Origin: an uncultured Anaerolineales bacterium
GTDB lineage: Bacteria > Chloroflexota > Anaerolineae > CG2-30-64-16
Direction: 5' to 3'
Assembly: GCA_964551735.1 (NCBI GenBank)
Contig: CAZKEF010000019.1
Location: forward strand, 51,958 to 83,957
DNA length: 32,000 nt
In this document: positions 31,501 through 32,000 of the stretch, in pieces
Position numbering within the stretch: position 1 is the stretch's first letter
Layout of the letters: every line of letters begins with the position of its first letter
Position numbers and translations under genes: made by a program
The notes under the pieces: generated by a model
What the model was told of the DNA's origin: nothing
The model's database searches: none
What the model saw: the letters and a program-made list of their open reading frames with translations, nothing else

Positions 31501-31553
31501 AAGCTAGAAGCTGGAAGTTGAAGTGTATCCGGCTTCCAGTATCCAGCTTCCAA
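31483..31553. repeat. Heptanucleotide repeat array: 6 direct units, then 3 units in inverted orientation
   Basis: CTGGAAG CTAGAAA CTAGAAG CTAGAAG CTGGAAG TTGAAGT gtatccgg CTTCCAG TATCCAG CTTCCAA. CTTCCAG is the reverse complement of CTGGAAG, so a hairpin is possible. The array spans the stop of BMC-P 1 and the gap before BMC-P 2. Confidence 0.85.
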
Positions 31554-31568
31554 TATCGCGGAGCGCCC

Positions 31569-31910
31569 ATGTATATCGGTCAGGTTGCAGGCACGGTCGT
31601 CGCCACCATCAAACACCCCATGTTCGCCGGGCATAAGCTGCTGCTGGTCGAGCGGCTCGATCTCGCGGGCCGCGCCATGCCCAAGTACGACATCGCGGTG
31701 GATTCCGTGCAGGCGGGTGTGGGTGATCGGGTGTTGGTGCTGGACGAGGGCAACAGCGCTCGGCAGGTGTTGCACGTAGAGCCGTGGGGACCGGTGCGCG
31801 CGGTGATCGTGGGGATCATTGATGAGATTGATCTGCCGCTGCTTTCCAGACCAGGTTTCTCAGAGAAACCTGGTCTGGAAAGCAGCGCGGGCGAACAGGG
31901 GGCCGCGTGA
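31569..31910 (+). CDS. Bacterial microcompartment vertex protein (BMC-P, EutN/CcmL family), second copy with a C-terminal extension
   Basis: MYIGQVAGTVVATIKHPMFAGHKLLLVERLD...GDRVLVLDEGNSARQVL...VRAVIVGIIDEIDL is EutN/CcmL-like. I chose the ATG at 31569 over the ORF-track start at 31518. The 25-aa tail PLLSRPGFSEKPGLESSAGEQGAA is encoded by a palindrome. Confidence 0.8.
   Translation: MYIGQVAGTVVATIKHPMFAGHKLLLVERLDLAGRAMPKYDIAVDSVQAGVGDRVLVLDEGNSARQVLHVEPWGPVRAVIVGIIDEIDLPLLSRPGFSEKPGLESSAGEQGAA
31837..31887. repeat. Perfect 51-nt palindrome (25-bp arms, 1-nt centre)
   Basis: I checked base by base that cgctgctttccagaccaggtttctc (31837-31861) is the exact reverse complement of gagaaacctggtctggaaagcagcg (31863-31887). 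Confidence 0.95.
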
Positions 31911-32000
31911 GCTACGGTGCGTTCAGTGGTAACGGATCCGGTCTGACCGAGCGGGCGCTGCGTGAAGAGTTCGTGCGCATCGGCGGGCTGATGCACGCCC
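31907..32000 (+). CDS. Probable class II (fuculose/rhamnulose-phosphate type) aldolase, 5' fragment running off the window
   Basis: The GTG at 31907 overlaps the BMC-P stop (GTGA). The translation (M)SYGAFSGNGSGLTERALREEFVRIGGLMHA resembles the N-terminal helix of class II aldolases that accompany planctomycete-type BMC loci. Only 31 codons are visible. Confidence 0.35.
   Translation, partial: MSYGAFSGNGSGLTERALREEFVRIGGLMHA

Overview
This is a GC-rich (about two-thirds G+C by eye, not computed) bacterial chromosomal segment with no rRNA, tRNA, CRISPR array, transposase or integrase that I can support. PT-rich linkers, many multidomain TIR/CHAT/TPR proteins and a planctomycete-type microcompartment edge suggest a filamentous Chloroflexota-like organism (low-confidence inference). 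Contents from left to right: (1) a 5'-truncated DUF4139-like gene; (2) a 1392-aa secreted Ig-repeat protein; (3) a minus-strand operon of a CN-hydrolase-like gene, ltaE and a BCD/PucC-type MFS gene; (4) an ATL (Cys-less MGMT-like) gene; (5) a small lipoprotein plus CHAT-protease operon; (6) a housekeeping minus-strand cluster trmD-rplS-rnhB-yraN-miaA, preceded by a solute-binding protein and a clan GH-A glycosidase; (7) two small membrane proteins; (8) the main item, a tightly coupled plus-strand gene set at 19313-26567; (9) a secreted S8 subtilase; (10) a second degenerate CN-hydrolase-like gene; (11) the start of a bacterial microcompartment locus with two BMC-P genes and a probable class II aldolase. 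The gene set at 19313-26567 encodes three proteins: a channel-like 2-TM / tandem-Rossmann (RCK) / RyR protein; a RelA-SpoT synthetase / TPR / LSDAT-type SLOG / RyR protein; and a TIR / 49-aa-repeat / TM / extracellular-domain protein. I read this as a candidate undescribed Thoeris-like nucleotide-signalling conflict system. Non-genic structure worth a look: heptanucleotide tandem-repeat arrays at four gene boundaries, one of them inside the miaA 5' coding region; a perfect 51-nt palindrome inside the 3' end of a BMC-P gene; and a recurring extended -10 promoter (TGTGCTAnAnT). All domain calls come from reading motifs by eye and no searches were run.
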